Origin: Cystobasidiomycetes sp. EMM_F5
Taxonomy: Eukaryota
Direction: 5' to 3'
Assembly (NCBI GenBank): GCA_051047955.1
Contig: JBPGPT010000002.1
Span: forward strand, 248,001-312,000
Length of the DNA stretch: 64,000 bases
The notes below the pieces were generated by a model. It was not told the DNA's origin and made no database searches. It worked only from the letters and a program-made list of their open reading frames with translations. Shown here piece by piece: positions 44,531 to 58,116 of this stretch. Numbering within the stretch: the stretch's first letter is position 1; every line of letters starts with the position of its first letter. The translations under genes and the position numbers were made by a program.

Positions 44531-47500
44531 TCACGGTGCGGGCGCCGTCTCGCTCGTTTCGCCGAAGTGATGTTGGTCGTCCATCCGGTAAACATCAACA
44601 ATCGGCGAGGAGGGGTGTAAAGAAAGCTTGAAAAGTGGAACAGCTTCAAGATGACTAAGCTGCGGTGCAGGGTGCGGCTGAGGACTAGACAGTGAGTTGT
44701 TGCCTGTAATGTCCAAAGCCTTCGGATCCAGCAGGACGCCCAGTCCCACGCTATCCTTCTTTTGCATAGGTTGACTGAAGATCGTGGCAGCTACACTGTC
44801 TTGCATAATGTCGCCAACCGACGTATTCTCGCGGGAATGCGCAGAGCTTGACATTCCAGATACCGATGATGTCGCGTACAGCGAGGAGTCAAGGAGAAAT
44901 TCAACATCATCTGCATCCTCGTCTTCATCTTGCTCAGATGAATCGCCATTTGCAGTTTGACGACCAGCGTCCAGCTTGGCTGGCAGTGAGTCTGGCCTCG
45001 CCGGCAAGCTATTATGATGCTGCCTTTGCAACCTCTTCTTGCTATGTTTAGATAAGGAACCTGGCGCAAACGGGTAAGGCGGGTGCAGAATGTCTTTGGA
45101 GGAATAGGGAGTACTTGGAGACGGGAAATGCGAAGTGGAAATGTCACTGCTGGGAGTCAAAAGGGGGGTCGGCCCGTGTAGAGACGAGTCCAAGCTGGAA
45201 GACTGTCCTGTTGATTAGACGGACTCGCCAACTTCTCAAGCTTTTTGACTTACTATGCCAGGATCACGTTTGCTCGACTCATTCACGACAGCAGTAGCGT
45301 CAGTGCTTGCCTTGTCATCAGTAGTGGATTGGACCTTGCTTCCTTCCGCTACAGACGAAACACCAGCGGAGGATTCAGATAGTCGGATGCGTGCTTCTGC
45401 TCTTTCTGCTCTCTCGGCAAAGTGGGAAACAGCTCGATGGTGCTATCGATAGAGTATGAGTTGCTGCCAAAGGCTGAGATGCAAGCCTCACAGACTTACC
45501 TCTATGGCAGAACTCCGCTTGTCGACATCGTGACACTCGATGCGCCAACGAGCAATTTCCAGCTCTTTCGCACGGCGGAGGAGTGCTTCCTCAACCTGCA
45601 ACGTACGCTCGCGAAGCTCGTCTTGTGACAAAGCCGAAAGGTCTACAGTGCCAATGCTTGCAATGAGCTCAGCGTCAGCCCGAAGTCTTGCCGGATCTTC
45701 AACCTCCACCTGATCGGCTTTGATTCGAGTGAGAAGCGCGACAGATTGCCTCTGATCGCTGCCTCCTGCGTGTCCATCTCTGTTCCTGCCACTCATCGTT
45801 CTCCGCCGAGGGCTGCCATGCAAAGGATGAGACGTACTTTCACTGTACGCAAGAGAAGTATCAAAAGTATCACGCTTTGGCGATGTCAGGGGCTCGTCTC
45901 GATTAGAGTGAAACGACGCGCCGGAATGCCGTCTAGAAAGTCGAGCTGGCTGCCTGCCATGTTCGCGATAATGATCCTTCTTCCCGTACCTCTGCGCTGG
46001 CGAATCATCATTGGCAATAGTCGTCAACGAAAGGTGGCCATACTGTGAGGGAGGTCCGCTATACTTCCGCCGGGTCAACGGCGATCCGCTCGACGAGCTT
46101 GCGTTGGCATCGCTGGAAGCCCACGTTGGAGTAGCGCGCGGCGAGACATATTGAGCAGGCAGTCCAGCTGATGCTGCGTGCGGGGATGTTGCGACATGCT
46201 TGAGGTCGCTGTTTATGAACAGTGGAGACCTCGGTATAGGAGATGCGTGATTGAGCAGAGCATGGGGAGACTGCTGCAATTTTCGGCCGTCCGGGCTCAA
46301 TTGCATCATCGCGGCCATATCGTTTGACAGAGGCGAGGCAAGCGAGTTTGCATGTAAATGCGGCCGAGATGGGCCTGCCGCCATGGTTGGAATATACACA
46401 TTTCCCGGCTGCGATGCTATGGCTAGCGCATGAAAGTAAGCCTGCTGTTGCTGCGTAGCAGCAGTGGCAGCCATAGCAGCCATATACTGTTGCTGCTGCA
46501 TGATCTGACGACTGATATGATGACCGTGCTGACGCTGTTGCTTGGTATTTGCGGGTTCAGTAAGACCAGAAGTCTCCTTTTTCGATTCGACACGGACAGC
46601 ACTCTCGTGTACATCGTGTACAGCCGGATCCAAAGCAACTTTTGCAGACTGGATTTGTGGAGAGACTGGACGAGACGAAGCTGCTACCGAAGCAGAGGAA
46701 GATGATGAGGATGCGGACCCTTGCAATATCACAGGCTGGATGTTGGGATAGAGCATTCCCGCTCCCTTCCCCTGTGACTGGCTCCACTGGTGTTGCAGTA
46801 ACAAGGCCTGCTGTTGTTGAGGGTGCAACATTGCTTGTGCTTGCAATTGCTGACTATACATGGCCATGAAATGCTGTTGTTGGCGAAACACGGCTTCTTG
46901 AGACGGACTCATTTGAACAGTGTCCGCAGACACCTGAAGCGCAGCAGATCGTTGATCGTCAGAGATCACCGGCTTTGCTGAGGTTTTGCGGTGTGAATCA
47001 GGTGGAGTTGGCAAATAGATGTCGGGCTGCGTCTGCTCCGCATCATAAGCAAGCAGGGGTGATGTTGTCGGTTTGGGCGCTGTGTCAATAGAATCTTGCT
47101 TGGTCGGCGGTCTTGCAGCCTCAAGTGATGCTTTCGGTGCGAAGAGACTTGGAAAGAGTAATTCGCCGTCTTCGCCAAGATACCTCTCCTCATCTTCGTT
47201 TACTGCAACCAGCGGTTTGAACTGTTCTACGGCATCCTGGGATACTTCCGGACTGTCCTCCTGAAGTGAATCGCCCATGTCTGGCAGAAGCGTAAAGAGG
47301 TTGACGTTTTCTGGACGAATTGCACGCGGTTTCATTGTCGAACCGAGAGCACGCATAGACTGCATAGTAGAACGAGGCAACTCCGCCGTTGCTGCGACAG
47401 GGCTGCAGCAGAAGGAATTGGGTGTAGTGCTAGCGGTAAGAGCATTGCCACCATGGGAATGGGCAGACATTGCCGAAGTGATACCGAGAGAATGCTTAGA

Positions 47501-49261
47501 CGACGAGCAGGTAGATGACGCAGAGGACAAGGACTGCGCAACAAGCGCGGAAGGCAGGACAGTTGCGATGCCGCTGCTGTAGCTAGCTAGTGAGGACGGG
47601 TAATCGAGTCCTGCGGATACGGAAGAAGGCGAGTGCACTAGCGACGTTGCTGGAGAGCTACTCGAGGCTTTCGCTCTTGATTCAAGCGAATCGGTAGCGA
47701 CAGATGATGTAGTACCATCAGTAGAGACGGACATTCTCGTACTTCTGCCAGTGACGGAAGTATTAGGCTGCATTCGCTGACTTGTAGTTGCGCTAGAAGA
47801 CTGCTTGCTATCGATGGCCGCCTTGTCAAGTCTCAGCGGAGTGCGCTTGGCCAGATCCAAGCTGCTTCCGTCAGGCTGAACTTGGTCCGTGCTCTGACGA
47901 ACGGCATTATCTCGACGCTGCTGCAAGGTGGTGACGGTAGCCTCCCTCGTCCTCTCATAGACCTCAGCATTGCGACGTATACCATCAGAATGGGAGTTGA
48001 CGGCGTCAAGCCTCAAGGCAGTGGCCGTCGGTACCACGGTCTGCGCAAGGCCGGGAATGCTAGCTCGACTAGCTTCACGACGAACACTAGCTCTAGCCTT
48101 CCTACTTGCCTTGTCGCGACCACTCCGCGATGCGCTAGACGGCGGCCTCTCACCAATCGACAATAGGTGTGAGGTGTCGTACAATGATTCATTGCCATTG
48201 GCAGAACCGAATGATGGAGCACAAGAAAGATCAGACATGGGAGGCGCAGAGTCCAAGCTGAATGACGATGAAAAGGAGGAAGAGCGGGAGAGGGAGGGCC
48301 TGTCCGAGAGGGGTTCGGGCAGAAGAGCGCCTAATTGTTGACGACCTCTGGCAATGTAGTGGCGAGGGGATAGCGACGACTCGGGCGAGCATTCTAGAGG
48401 CGGCGTGACCTGCACACCAATCTCTTTTGTTTCCTTCTTGACTGCAACGGCTGAGCTGGGTGTCGACGCGACAGCTGGTACATTGGCAGGAGCGGCTTGG
48501 CCTGGCCCATTCTTGCGTTTTTGCTGTTTGGAGGATGAGCGCGACTTGCTGCTTACTGACGGTCCATTGTATTTGGCGTCCTTCGACGCGTTGTTTTGCC
48601 CCTGACCTCCTTGCCCTTCGTCTGACTTTGCAGGCTGTAATGTCCCAGCGCCCGTCCGTTGAGTTGCCAATGATGCCGAGGTAGAAGCAGAGGGTCCCAT
48701 CGAAGTGTCTCGCGATGGTATAGTCGACGGAAGTAGAGACGAATCCCTGGGACTGTCGGCTGAAACTTGAGAAAGCGGGAGGGGTGCGGAAGGAGGTGTC
48801 GCGGCTGTTCCAGATTTCCGTCGTTTTCTCATAAAGGTGGGCGTGAGCGTATACAAGATATCGTGGAGAGGCATGGAGGGTATGGCAATGGAATGCGGTG
48901 ATGAGGCGCTTAGGTGATGACTGGCCGTTGCATCCAGGTCGTTGTAATGTGGCGGCCACTCGGACGATTGTACATTTCCAAGACCTGTCGACGTACTCGT
49001 ACTTCGTGACCTGCTAGTCGACGTCGCTGGTGTGACTGGTACTCCGAGGAGCTTGCGCTTCTTCTCCCTCGCTCGCCGTTCTATCCGTCGCAACCTTGCC
49101 CGGTCAACAGCAAACCACGCACATCCGATGACGATGACTGTGAGCAGAGCGAGGCCGTTTTCCGTTGTCAGATAGTGCTGCTGCCGTATGAAAAGGAGAA
49201 TATTGCCATTCTCTCGTCCGTCTGCACGGCTGCGACTCGAAGTGCGTCCATCGGTCGCCAT
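44531..49261 (-). CDS. Large low-complexity protein (~1550 aa) with N-terminal TM anchor and a coiled coil
   Basis: 1257-codon ORF plus intron (GTAAGT near 45498) into the terminal exon; TM GLALLTVIVIGCAWFAV followed by a basic patch; S-rich and Q-rich tracts. Confidence 0.8.
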
Positions 49262-50341
49262 TGCTCAATTCCAAAAACAGTCGTCAGGGTCCGACTTGGC
49301 GAGCGGTGACGGACAACCAGACTGTGACGGGCGAGCTACCAGACCAGCTGATGAGGTCGATGGAGGAGTTCAAGCAGACTGTGCCAGGCTCTTTTTGGCT
49401 AGAGACCGGTCCTGACTGCCGCCTCTTTACACCACTTGGAACCGACGGGCGAGCCGACTTTGGCGAATGTATGGAAGCTTGTCAAGGTAATGCCTTTTTC
49501 CACTGCTGTCAGAGTGCCCAGTTGCACCTGGATTCCGTTTCAGAGCATTGCCAGTTTCGATGCCGCATCCATGGCCAGTTTACACGGAGTGATCCTCGAC
49601 CGCTGCGAAGCAACGAGGCGGTGTGCTGGCTGGGCGGCCTGGGAAAGTGTGCTGGCTCCAGAATGCAGCTTGCACAGACTGAACTGCGTTGTTGTTGAAA
49701 CTGTTCTGACCTCGCTGCTCCTTATTGCGTTGGCCGTGCTTACAGGACCCAACGGCGGCACCTGCCTTAAACAGAATTATGGTGCCTGAAAAGGAGCCCC
49801 GGTGTGACAATTGAACGTGCAATAATGGCAGGCAGAGCGCATGGTTCATGAGCAACGCGTCAAGGCAAACGTAGCCGAGTTGAAGCTCTTTTATGGCAGT
49901 GTTTGTCTGATTATTACACACGTAGAGATACAAAGAAAATACAACCAAGCCTTCAGACCACATTTTCGCAATTTGCCGCGAGAAGGTATGATGAATTTCA
50001 TTGACTGTTGAGACAGCACAGAACAATCGGACCGCGACAGGCGGAGAAGAAAGCGCACGCCAGCCAGGAAAAAGTAAGTGTTGCCAAGGACGAAGAATGC
50101 AAAAGCAGAAGAACGTGGCACAGTGGGCGCAAGCATTCCACCGTTGCTGATCTTCAGCCTATACCAGTCACCGTGGGTGCGGCATAAGCTGTTCTTCTTG
50201 CTACCTTTCTCGATGTGGTGGGGAGTGGGATGGGTCCAATCGCTGCAGGTCGCGACATTTCACTCAGACTTGGTAAGATACGAAGCTACTTTCAAACTCA
50301 CGCTCGTAGATACTTCCGCCATTGCTGTCGTGCGCTGCTTC

Positions 50342-51035
50342 CTATTTCTTTACGACAATCGGCACGACAATAATGATGATCAGGATAACGATACCAGCGA
50401 TGATGAGAAGTCGCATTTTCATGTCCTGAAATTATACTCGACTCAGCCATACTTCTAAAATTCTTGCCCACAGCTTTGGCACACCTTCCACCACATGGCC
50501 TTTCGCACTCTGTTGGCACCTCGTCTGAAACCTTGCGCCGACACGGCCAGCGTGTCTGTATAGGAGTAGAGTAAGGCAGGAATAAGCGACACATGCTTCT
50601 CCGATACTTCTGAATACTTCTGCCTAGTTAGGCACTCACCAGTCTTGTCCTGCAGCGAATCCAGTCGTTCACCACGTTCCGCTACCTTCTTGATGTTGTC
50701 CTGCATGATGTTGACAGTCTGATCAATCTCTGCCTGGATAGCTGCCGTTCTGTTGTTGCCCCCGCTTCCGCTGCCTGCGGATCCAGGTTGGCGACCTGCA
50801 CTGCCTGGCTGCCTGCCAGACCCGCCCGGCGGCGACGTCGCAGACGAGGATGGATACGGATCATATGGTCTGTTTGAGCATGAGTTTGTTCATATCATCG
50901 TTATGAATGTGAATGTCAGTCATGTGCGCTGTTTGGTCACACTTGGTTTGGTCCTTGGCTCACTCTGCTGAGGACCTGTGTACGGATAGCTATAGCTCAT
51001 TCACCGCCCAACACGCCAGAGGAGTGCACTCACAT
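50342..51035 (-). CDS. SNC1: Synaptobrevin/VAMP v-SNARE (Snc1/2)
   Basis: [72 protein letters not shown] plus TM. Confidence 0.95.
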
Positions 51036-51894
51036 TGTGCGAGCTGATGCCAATGAGGGCGTTTGCAGTGAGTTACAGGTTCAGGATGACCGTGGAATAT
51101 GTCACGGTTGGGCCTGAGGAAGGGTGCCGGTTGTGGCTGAGAGCTGAGAACGTCGAAAGAAACTGATGTGCAAATAGAAAGGCAAGACTTGCAAAGTGAC
51201 GCGACAGACTACTGACTTCTTGAAGCTTACGCATTATGACAATCGCTTCCAGTCAACACAGCCCATGCCTCGCCCTTCAAACCACCCCAAAGCGGCAACT
51301 CCATCAACAAAGACTGATGAGGGCAAGTTCCTGATCCTGCTGGAGAGTGTCCATGACACGTTGCAACGTCCCTCACGGCTGAACATGGAATGCCAGCGTC
51401 TCGAGGACTCGTCCCCGACACCGATATGTGCCTTGCTGTTCGGTCAATACTATATCTCATCCGATTCATCAATAATAAACCGCTCGAAACCACGTAATAA
51501 AGCTCCTGGCAGCCTCGACTTCGAGATCGTCCATATGTCAAGGCGCGTGCTTGTACTCCTTTGACAGCTAGGAGGCATAGCCAGGACCGCCCGTGGAATC
51601 GCCATGGCGGCGGGGATGAAATTGCGGGTCCGCCCTCTGCAATAAGCTCAGGTGCACGGACTTCTGTTCCTCCGACATCATCACATCAGCAATTTTGCAC
51701 GTTAAACCACTTCATTCGAACTGCAATACGCCATTTCAAACACTGACGGACATGCCAACCCTTACAATCAGCAACGGCCAGGCTAGCGTGACTGGCGGAG
51801 CGAGTTACCCACCTCAGAGTGAGTAGAGTGATATTGGATGTCATTAGCATATATCGATAATGCAAAACGGCCACTGACTCGCAACTGGCTAGCC

Positions 51895-52569
51895 ATGACT
51901 AAACACCGGAGGCGTTCATCAGATCCAGTCATGCCGGCCCCTAACGTGCCGCAGCTCAGTTCTCAGTCGCAAACAGTCAGATCGGCAACACTGAGTCAAT
52001 ACGTTCCCAATACCCAGGCCTTCCCGCCTGGACCGTCTAGGTCCAGCAAGCGACTAATTATTGCAAAGAGTGTCGACGCTACGGGTCAGCACCGCACAAA
52101 GTCCGTCGAGGACATTGTGCACGTAGCGAACAATGGCATGCGCATTGTCTTGGATTTTGCGCAGATATATACGCGTGCTGCAACGGACGACAATGTTCGT
52201 GAAGATCCCTCCGGCCTTCTTGGTCAAGCAGTCCAAGCTCTTCTTTATCAGCGACTTTACGGTAGGCGACACTTACAGAAGTGGTCAACATAGAAAATGT
52301 GCTGACAATGTGATCTGCCAGACTCTCTCGAGCGCTCCATCGATGATTTACCATTTGTCAAACTGGATCAGCTAAGCAATCTTGTAGAAGGATTTCCAGC
52401 TGCGCCGAAAACAAAGCGCAAGGCCTGTCTTTCCTTGATATCGCGTCGGCGCGAGAAGGAGCAACAGATCCTGTCGTTATCAATCGGCAAAAAAACCGTT
52501 GGCGGAGGAGCACATTTGCATCATCAGCAGCAGTCAAACAACCGTCGCTCTTTTAAACGGAGAGGCTAG
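51895..52569 (+). CDS. Hypothetical protein (two exons; may extend upstream)
   Basis: ORF from ATG 51895 joined in frame via a GTAGGC..GCTGAC..CCAG intron (52262-52321) to an exon ending at TAG 52567-52569. Confidence 0.45.
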
Positions 52570-52911
52570 AAACGTTAGCAGGGATAAAGTAGTGCAGAGA
52601 TCCACCCGGATGAGCTGGTCGCGGCGTGACGGAGATTGCCGTCTGCCCAGAGCAGAGTATACTCAGCCTTCCATTTAGCATTCATGACTTTCATTCAGTC
52701 TTGCAATTGAGGTTCGCGGCATTGTCCTACATAAGCGGGGGTACTAGTAGCGATGCAGACCGCGATTCTGTTTAAGATTGAAGCAAACCAACATTTCGCC
52801 CAAGTGCAGATTCTGCCCATAGCGATACACTTCTGCGGTTATACTTAGCTTGCTATGGTCCTGGTAATGTCTCCAAGAGCTATTCGCCGCTGAGCTCTGC
52901 GATACCGTCGG

Positions 52912-54413
52912 ATGTCCAAGCGTGTCAAAATCGGCAAGCCTGATGCTAGGGTCGCCCCTACTCGGACGGACGGCGCCTCGTCGCCATCTCAATCGTTCAC
53001 CGTCTCTTTCTCTGCTCTCCTGGCACTTGGTTTGGCATTGCGTCTGATACTCATTGTATATGGAATTTGGCATGACGCCAAACATGAGCTCAAGTACACC
53101 GATGTCGACTATGCAGTGTTTTCGGATGCCGCAGCATTCATCGCGAAGTCTGCTTCCAATGGTGGACACGCGCAAGGTCCGCTTGCTGGCAAGATTGCTC
53201 GATGGCTCAACCTGTCTTATATAGGCAGTCCCTACGTACGGGCAACATACCGTTATACGCCGCTACTAGCCCTTCTGCTCGTTCCAAACGTGTACATCCA
53301 TGCACTCTGGGGCAAGTTTCTGTTTTGTGCTTCGGATCTTGTCGCTGCTGGACTACAGTATCGCATTCTCCGCAACACTTCAATCCGTCATGTAACGGCG
53401 AGACAAGCAAAGACGTACGTTGCAATCATCTGGCTCCTCAACCCTTTCGTCGCAAACATTTCCACTCGAGGATCAGCTGAATCTGTACTTGCTGTGATGG
53501 TCCTCGCTTCTCTGGCTACCGCCGAAGAGGGAAGACTGATCATCTCCGCGATCTTGCTCGGGCTGTCCGCTCACTTTAAACTCTATCCTGTCATCTACGG
53601 GATTGCCATGATGGGTCGGTTATCCAGCGGACCTTCAACGAGCTCTTTACACATCAACTTGAGACAGCTTCGCTATGCTGGAACGGCAGCAGCTTCATTC
53701 GCTCTGATGAACGCTCTTATGTACGCAACGTGAGTCGATAAGTGTCATTTCCCAGTACTCATGTCATTTATGAGTCTCATCAGATGGGGTTGGTCTTTCT
53801 TTGAGCATGCATATCTGTATCACTTGATTCGTTTGGACCATCGCCATAATTTCTCGCACCACTTCTACGACATATATACTACACTCAGTCTACAGTCCGG
53901 GGGAGCTCAACCCTCTGCAGAGCCCACGCATCTGGATCCACTTTTTCGCGTCTTCCTTCAAGTGCTATCGTCGTCGTTCGTACCGCAAATGCTCCTCACA
54001 AGCGGGCTTGGCTGCCTTTTAGGGTTTCGCCGTCAATTCTCACTGTCCTTCGCGTGGTTCATGCAAACTCTCGCTTTCGTGACATTCAATCGCGTGTGCA
54101 CATCTCAGGTGCGTTTTTGACCTAGCGTATTGACGATGCTCAGGCTGACCAGGTCGATCCTGAACATAAGTATTTCATGTGGTCCCTATGCTTCCTCCCG
54201 ATGCTCGTCCCGCATTTCAATTATCTGTCGGCCAGGAGAGGGTTGACAATTCTTGCTGCCTGGGTGGCGGGGCAAGCATTGTGGCTAAGTATGGCATATA
54301 AATTGGAGATTGAAGGGAAGCCGGTCTTCCTGGAAGTATGGATGGCTAGCGTCAGCTTCTTCTGTATCAACATTGGCATCTTGTGGGAGTTGTTGCACAG
54401 CTATAGAGCGTGA
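52912..54413 (+). CDS. GPI14: GPI mannosyltransferase I (PIG-M/Gpi14)
   Basis: KYTDVDYAVFSDAA, PYVRATYRYTPLL, NISTRGSAE, HFKLYPVIY, RLDHRHNFS, FNRVCTSQ|YF. Confidence 0.96.
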
Positions 54414-54815
54414 GCACAGGAAAGAGAACAGAGAATATCCCTGTATTGGCTATAGCTTTGAGGGCGAAATTGTTGGCGTTGTAAGAGCCTCCTAACGATT
54501 TTCAAACAGGGTCTACAACATGTGCGATCGCTAAAGGGAATGCTACAGAGGTTTAATGCGGTCGAAGAAGGCCCACTTCAAGAAAATCACAAACAAGCAT
54601 CAGCTTGCGTTCGCCAAAAGAATGACAGTATGCAGCACAGGGAGTACAGCAGAAGATGTCCTCAGCAAGATCAATTGGAGTTGTGTTTAAGGAATAATCA
54701 TATCGTTCACGATGTGTGAGACAATCTTATAAATCCCTAATGTGCTCATCACTGGACCTGGGAGAGGAAAGGTGCGGTTGGAAGTCATAGACGCTGCGGA
54801 CCCACCTTTATAGAT

Positions 54816-56245
54816 TCATTGCGTTCGGATCATTCTGCTCTTCGGTGGCGGTCGCGGCGGAGGATATATTATTTGCGGACCTTGCCCATTGGTGCCGACT
54901 ATGCCTGTACCTTCCGGCCATGCGAGTCTGTTCTCCAGGTTCAGTGGGACACCCCACAATTCACGGTAGACGCCATCCTTGATGCTGCTTATCCACCGGA
55001 ACGTAGTAGGTAGTACCGCATGCATCTGCTCCGGAGGTATGATTTTACCATCCTCGTCAACCCCGGCGCCTGTTGCGATCGGTAGCGTGGCGGGCTGGCG
55101 CTCGACCTTGGTCTGTGCCGCAATTCGCGATGTGCTTGCACCTGATTTACGTCCGATAGGCTTCTTTAGTAGACGTTCGATAGTCTCTTGCTTCTCCTCC
55201 TCCAACTTCTTGTTGAGTAGATGTTTCCTCCTCCTTGATGTCTCCACCTTGCGCATTGCAGCTTCGTCTTCAGTAAGATGTTTCTTTCTGGATGGTGCTG
55301 GAAAGTCGTTCAAGTCAGTGTTGTTGCTAAAAGGTATTACCGTGACATACCGTCCGGCAATGTCATGAATTGCGTGTCTTCGCCAATATGAGCAGCTCTT
55401 TGACGCGCAGTCATCTTGCTCAAAGAAACGTCCGATTGAGCATCAGAAGCGTCTGACAGGAAGTCTTCTTCATCGTCCTCGTCCTCAGGCAATGTCCGAA
55501 TAATGTTCTCGTCGTCATCCTCTGCTGTTCAATTAGGTTGCATTCAGAAGTGCGAAGATGCTACTAGTAAGAAATCTCACATACCTTCATTCGGTCTCTT
55601 TCTCTTCGCACGTGCTACTCCAGGAGGTATGATGGCTTTGGACTTTCGCCCAGTCTTGGTTGCTGAGACTGAAAGAGCCGGACTGCTGGATCCAGATGCG
55701 ATGCCTCTGCCACGCTTCAAGCCTATAACGCCAGGAGCGGGAAGAGACGTGGTGGACTTGTTGCCAAACTTCAATTTGAGCTTTACAGACGGGGTCTGAC
55801 TGTATGTGGACGCCGCCTCGGACGGAATGACCGAAGCATCTTCTGCATCAAGCTCTGCATCTTCATCGTCATCGCCTGCAAGGATATCCTCCTCGTCGTC
55901 CTCTGCATACTCGTCGGCTTCTCCATCCTGGTCTTCGAGTTCATCGATTTCCTCGTCGTCCTCGTCGCCGGATCCATCGATGTCCATGCTCTCATTGGCT
56001 TTGATGGCTGCCTGACGAGCCGGACGCGCTGCCGCTACTGAAGGGGCTGCTTGAAACGCTGGAATTGCAGGCGCTGTCACTTTGATACGCGTAGACGAGC
56101 GCGCATTTGCGGGTTGACTGCCAGACTTTGCGGATCCAGCTCGACGACTGGACCCGGCCGCACCGCTCGCTGGCTCTGGCACGTACTCGTCCAGCTCGTC
56201 GGCCTCCTCATCCTCATAATCAGACTCGACTATCCGAGGTGGCAT
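54816..56245 (-). CDS. IES2: INO80 complex subunit Ies2/INO80B (PAPA-1 domain)
   Basis: Acidic N-terminus; KMTARQRA; LTEDEAAMRKVETSRRRK..EEEKQETIERLLKK; RWISS. Confidence 0.85.
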
Positions 56246-56334
56246 GACCCTTTTGTTGGAGCGGAATCATCAGAAATTTGGAGAACGGTTGTTTGGAAAT
56301 ATACCGGATGATGTGGACGCCAATTTGACCAAAC

Positions 56335-58060
56335 ATGGCTGGAAGAAACTGCAGCAGATCTGTATTGCGCAAGACCTTATATGCTGGTCCCCGTCTCACT
56401 GCTTCCCGCAACGCCCATCCCGCCCGCTTCGCATTTGTGCATAGTCGTCCATCGTCATCGGCAGCTTCGAACAAGATCCAAGGTGGATTGCACCAACGAG
56501 AAAGCTATTGGCAAGCACTGATTCCACGGACTCACAGTGATTCCCTTCGCATTCTCGCCAAATTGGGTCGCTCTTGCTGCAAGCACCTTCGCAAAGATAA
56601 CCGCATATCTGGGTAGTACAGATAAGCCGAGCATATCGAGGCTAGCATTCCAGGTGACTCTCGTTATTATGACTACCCTCCGCGATGCATGCTAACCGCC
56701 TCAATTCAATAGTTGCTGAAAGGTTGGATGGGCCTTTCATCCAGCCTTGCCAAGGTGAACTTGCTCAAGTCGCAAGCAAGTCAGAATCGTTTCAGATCGG
56801 AAGAGTCGCGCGTTGACGGTAGTTCTACTGACAGCCAATCCTCCTACCATATTGGTACCTTGACATTTCCTGTCTTGTCGGAGCTCGCATCGACGGCGTC
56901 GATAACGGTGTAGGGGTCAGTGCGACAGACGTGCCATGCATTGGGACAAATTTGGCACCTTTCAGCAGCTTCAACTATCTTCTGCCCACAGGGCACGATT
57001 TTGCAGAAACTTTGGAACCGTATGACGAGAGTCAGTATAAAACATTCCCGAAATTGTATGGAGGCATGCAAGAGACACCAGATATTGTCACTATTCCATT
57101 CTCCTTCTTTCCTGACCTTCCGGCAGCTTTACGCAATACTCTGGGTGCCATACGTGACGTGGACATCCGGTTGTCTGGCAGAGTTGACAATGGATTGTAT
57201 GCGGCGTATCCAATTTACGTACCGTTCTTCCTTGCCGAGGTGGAAGTCATAGAGAGCAACTCGCCTCCCTGGACTACAACTGTTCTGATCTACGCGGGCA
57301 AGGTGAATTACTGTGGCGCTTGTAAGGATTCGAAATCACAGCTGACGCGAGAGTACGATGCAAGCCCTTCTTCCCAACAGGCACCCCTCCTACCGTCCCT
57401 ATAGGACTGTATAGAGGCAAGGGTGAGACCTGGGAAAAGGTCACGCAGGCTCCCAGCTTCTCGGCGCAAATAGTCCACATACCTCCCTCTATATTTCCGG
57501 ATGAAAAGCATAATGACACAGCACAATCAGCTCAGCCGTTCAATTCACAGTCCCCTGCTGATTCTGCTGCTGCTGCTTTGACTGCTGGATCTATACAAGG
57601 CATGTTGACTCAAATGGGGAAACATCTTGCAATATGGTCACGCTTGGGGGTCATCTTGACAAGCGCGATGCATAAATTCACACAAGATGTTCCTTTGCAG
57701 CGCTCAGACAAGGCATCTCCTGCCCGCTCTGTCTACAATAAGATCTTCGATAACATGGCAGTAATGAGCTATTCTGTCGATAACATAATCCCTAACAGGA
57801 ACTATATACATAAATTGGCTGAGCTGAAGGACGCAACCTTCACATTAGACCTCGTATGATACATACCTAAATACGCAGTTTATCATATTTTGCTGATGAG
57901 GATTATACCTTGGTTATAGGTGCGTTCAGAAGACTTGAAGCATCGGAATATGCGAAACCCCGCCGAAAATCAGAGGTTTGCGCACAAAATCACCACGCTT
58001 GAGCAAACGGTAGCATCGAAACGCCAAGCCGCGCTGGAGGCAAGACCGAAATGGATGTAG
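56335..58060 (+). CDS. Uncharacterised, probably mitochondrial protein (multi-exon)
   Basis: Arg/Ser-rich presequence-like N-terminus lacking acidic residues; coding-like exons (AAYPIYVPFFLAEVE); last exon ends ALEARPKWM*; boundaries approximate. Confidence 0.6.
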
Positions 58061-58116
58061 CAGGCTCCAGGCAGCAGCTCTTTGTTCGACGCATGTCACC
58101 ACTTGACACGAAGTCA

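Noticed and set aside
49261..50136. Several overlapping ORFs between the large gene and synaptobrevin
   Set aside because: Mostly non-ATG starts, no consistent splicing or motifs; likely UTR or promoter
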